From contig CAWCKY010000004.1 of NCBI GenBank assembly GCA_963796275.1, positions 256,001 through 320,000 on the forward strand: a stretch of 64,000 bases of DNA, written 5' to 3'. The DNA comes from an uncultured Acidobacteriota bacterium (lineage in GTDB: Bacteria; Acidobacteriota; Blastocatellia; RBC074). Numbering within the stretch: the stretch's first letter is position 1; each line of letters opens with the position of its first letter. Position numbers and translations under genes: made by a program. The notes under the pieces were generated by a model. It saw only the letters and a program-made list of their open reading frames with translations. It made no database searches and had not been told where the DNA came from. Positions 63,401 to 64,000 of the stretch are shown piece by piece.

Positions 63401-63420
63401 CTAATTTTCTGCTTGGTCAT
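60412..63420 (-). CDS. Oar-like TonB-dependent receptor TBDR4 (N-terminal type A, barrel type Y)
   Basis: Same architecture; RBS AGGAG; terminal PRQIQLALKLKF. Confidence 0.93.
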   Translation of the reverse strand: MTKQKISILVSKSAVLLLLLMACAIGFGQTPTATLSGVVRNEQGEVIKEATVTVKNNATGKARQVTTDSDGRYVFAFLEPGSYEIEFQAAGFKLLIQRNLILYVGGSTTRDVKMDVGGISDTVNIDVKNPYTESNKVDMSRIVAEDEIQGLPNIGRNFVDFVKLSSNVTQGRENNTPGVFKEPDVGVGAVAAPRLSFGGQLELYTLIQVDGADSVQTFTGTPRATPSQEAASEFRILNSTYLAEYGRAMGGFVNIITRSGGNNVNGSAYYFGLNDALNAQSILNTPTTDVLRQHQYGATLGGPIRKDSTFYFVNYEGQRRDESNRFPQVTQQNLAALNALKARFNLTPETIDQIRSNNYDQFLGKINHVIGDNALSLRYNYLTADTTNFLGPGTLGSNSTSARNNNTEDQGVVGTFISALSPRASNEARLQLSRRTFNFPSTVFDPLLEVTNLLSTGRNAADLDFYKEDRIQVTDNFSYTRGAHQFKFGGDYNYLRDQSVWNLFFPARIIFPNLQQLLSFSPTTSPLDPTQGPVIFWWPTLLSSPGGYQVPVPFTQAFPNAYGDANNFRLNHSIIGGFFQDQWKVTQKLSLTYGVRYDVEGYPSKYIVNRDMNNVQPRIGLAYNWNQKGVIRAGFGLFNDRLAPSIGQIFNTVEYNNRGNLPNSQILFPGAVNFNGRYSQTILPAPLATTAAINFITTGQTPAAGIPTLNDTLDGTLDTPYTTQTSLQMSQELPGGMALTAGYLYVHGTKLLGRTPNLNAVVTPVPAMLMGPPPAPGKPYFGARTFPELGDAFFLTNVGDSAYHSGTLELEKRFGLGFGVHGSYTFSKTMSDGSVDSPTSLTDFPEAPGVSEWALARQHVAHRFTLSFLEQVPRGVPFLRDFRFSSLVGIESGKPYTVFTGFDANADGNPFSDRPGALGRNTLIGPGFASVDARVARPVKFTERLSSEFSVDFFNLFNRVNIRNLNTFYGSSNLNMPPVAVFGTPSEVFNPRQIQLALKLKF

Positions 63421-63454
63421 ATTGATCAGCTCCTAATGTTCACTTAATGTTGAT

Positions 63455-64000
63455 TCAGGGGCGACTTCTAAAATTGAAATTAAGGATTCCCTGCACCTTG
63501 ATCGGGGCGCCGTTGAGCGTGGTCGGTTTGAAGACCCATTTTAAGGCCGCAGCAACCGCCGCGGAGCGGAGAGCCTCGTGACCGCTAATAGCCTTCGCAT
63601 CAATGACGCGTCCCGATTCCGAGATCGTTACCTGCACCCTTACCGTTCCGTAAGCGCCCATCATCCTGGCAGTCGGCGGGTAGGCCGCTTCTACTCTGGA
63701 GATGGCATTTCCGAGCAACACATTGTCAACTACCTGTTGTATACCTTGGGGCTGGCTCGGCGGAGAAGAACTTTGAAACTGGCCGGGGGGCGGCGGCACT
63801 TCTTCCGGCGGCGATAAGGGCTGTTGCCCATCCAGGTTGGCCGTCAGAACGTCATTATCCATAGGTAAAAGCGATTGAGGTTTCACCTGGGGCGGCAGAT
63901 TGATACGTAGCTCATTGGCGTCGATGTCGGGGAGTGTGACCGCCCTATTCCGCACATATTCTTCCTTCCGACCGGAGAGCAGCATTGGTAGATCGCTCAA
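63455..64000 (-). CDS. TonB family protein, second copy, 5' part outside the window
   Basis: Near-identical to the C-terminal half of 55161-56111. Confidence 0.88.
   Translation of the reverse strand: MSDLPMLLSGRKEEYVRNRAVTLPDIDANELRINLPPQVKPQSLLPMDNDVLTANLDGQQPLSPPEEVPPPPGQFQSSSPPSQPQGIQQVVDNVLLGNAISRVEAAYPPTARMMGAYGTVRVQVTISESGRVIDAKAISGHEALRSAAVAAALKWVFKPTTLNGAPIKVQGILNFNFRSRP

Larger units (their letters stand above)
48905..64000 (-). repeat. Tandem duplication of a ~8.3 kb [TonB-TBDR(A)-TBDR(B)] cassette
   Basis: Equivalent gene ends offset by ~8.3 kb (55161/63455, 52116/60412, 48905/57232); intergenic elements conserved. Confidence 0.9.

Noticed and set aside
48905-63420. Diversity-generating retroelement or invertase shufflon as the cause of the receptor mosaic
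   Set aside because: No reverse transcriptase or recombinase in the window, all copies are co-oriented, and the differences do not appear adenine-specific.

Overview
Bacterial chromosome segment of moderately high GC. Oar-like TonB-dependent receptors with an N-terminal carboxypeptidase-regulatory-like domain, DUF1080 and GntR-linked loci suggest Acidobacteria, possibly Blastocatellia (inference). Bases 1-38 kb are mostly housekeeping: a serA-hisF-hisIE-trpE...trpA cluster interleaved with unrelated genes, sucC, rnj, rsmA, ribD, ftsY and alaS, plus a frameshifted amidase and two tandem TerB-like proteins. Bases 38-64 kb are accessory: a frameshifted TBDR with a divergent GntR and SDR, three methyltransferases, an MFS transporter, and a tandemly duplicated ~8.3 kb [TonB-TBDR-TBDR] cassette. 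The main observations are: (1) the four receptors form a 2x2 mosaic of two N-terminal domain types and two barrel types; (2) a 'ghost' copy of the operon at 43.6-45.2 kb keeps the intergenic landmarks in order but has lost four genes; (3) an unannotated, probably leaderless 53-aa Ser/Trp/His-rich uORF precedes serA; (4) a 100-bp MITE with perfect TIRs and a 6-bp TSD is nested in a REP-like repeat; (5) several palindromic repeat families occur, including heptamer-armed elements with a flipped core. No rRNA, tRNA or CRISPR array was recognised. All calls are by eye and no searches were run.
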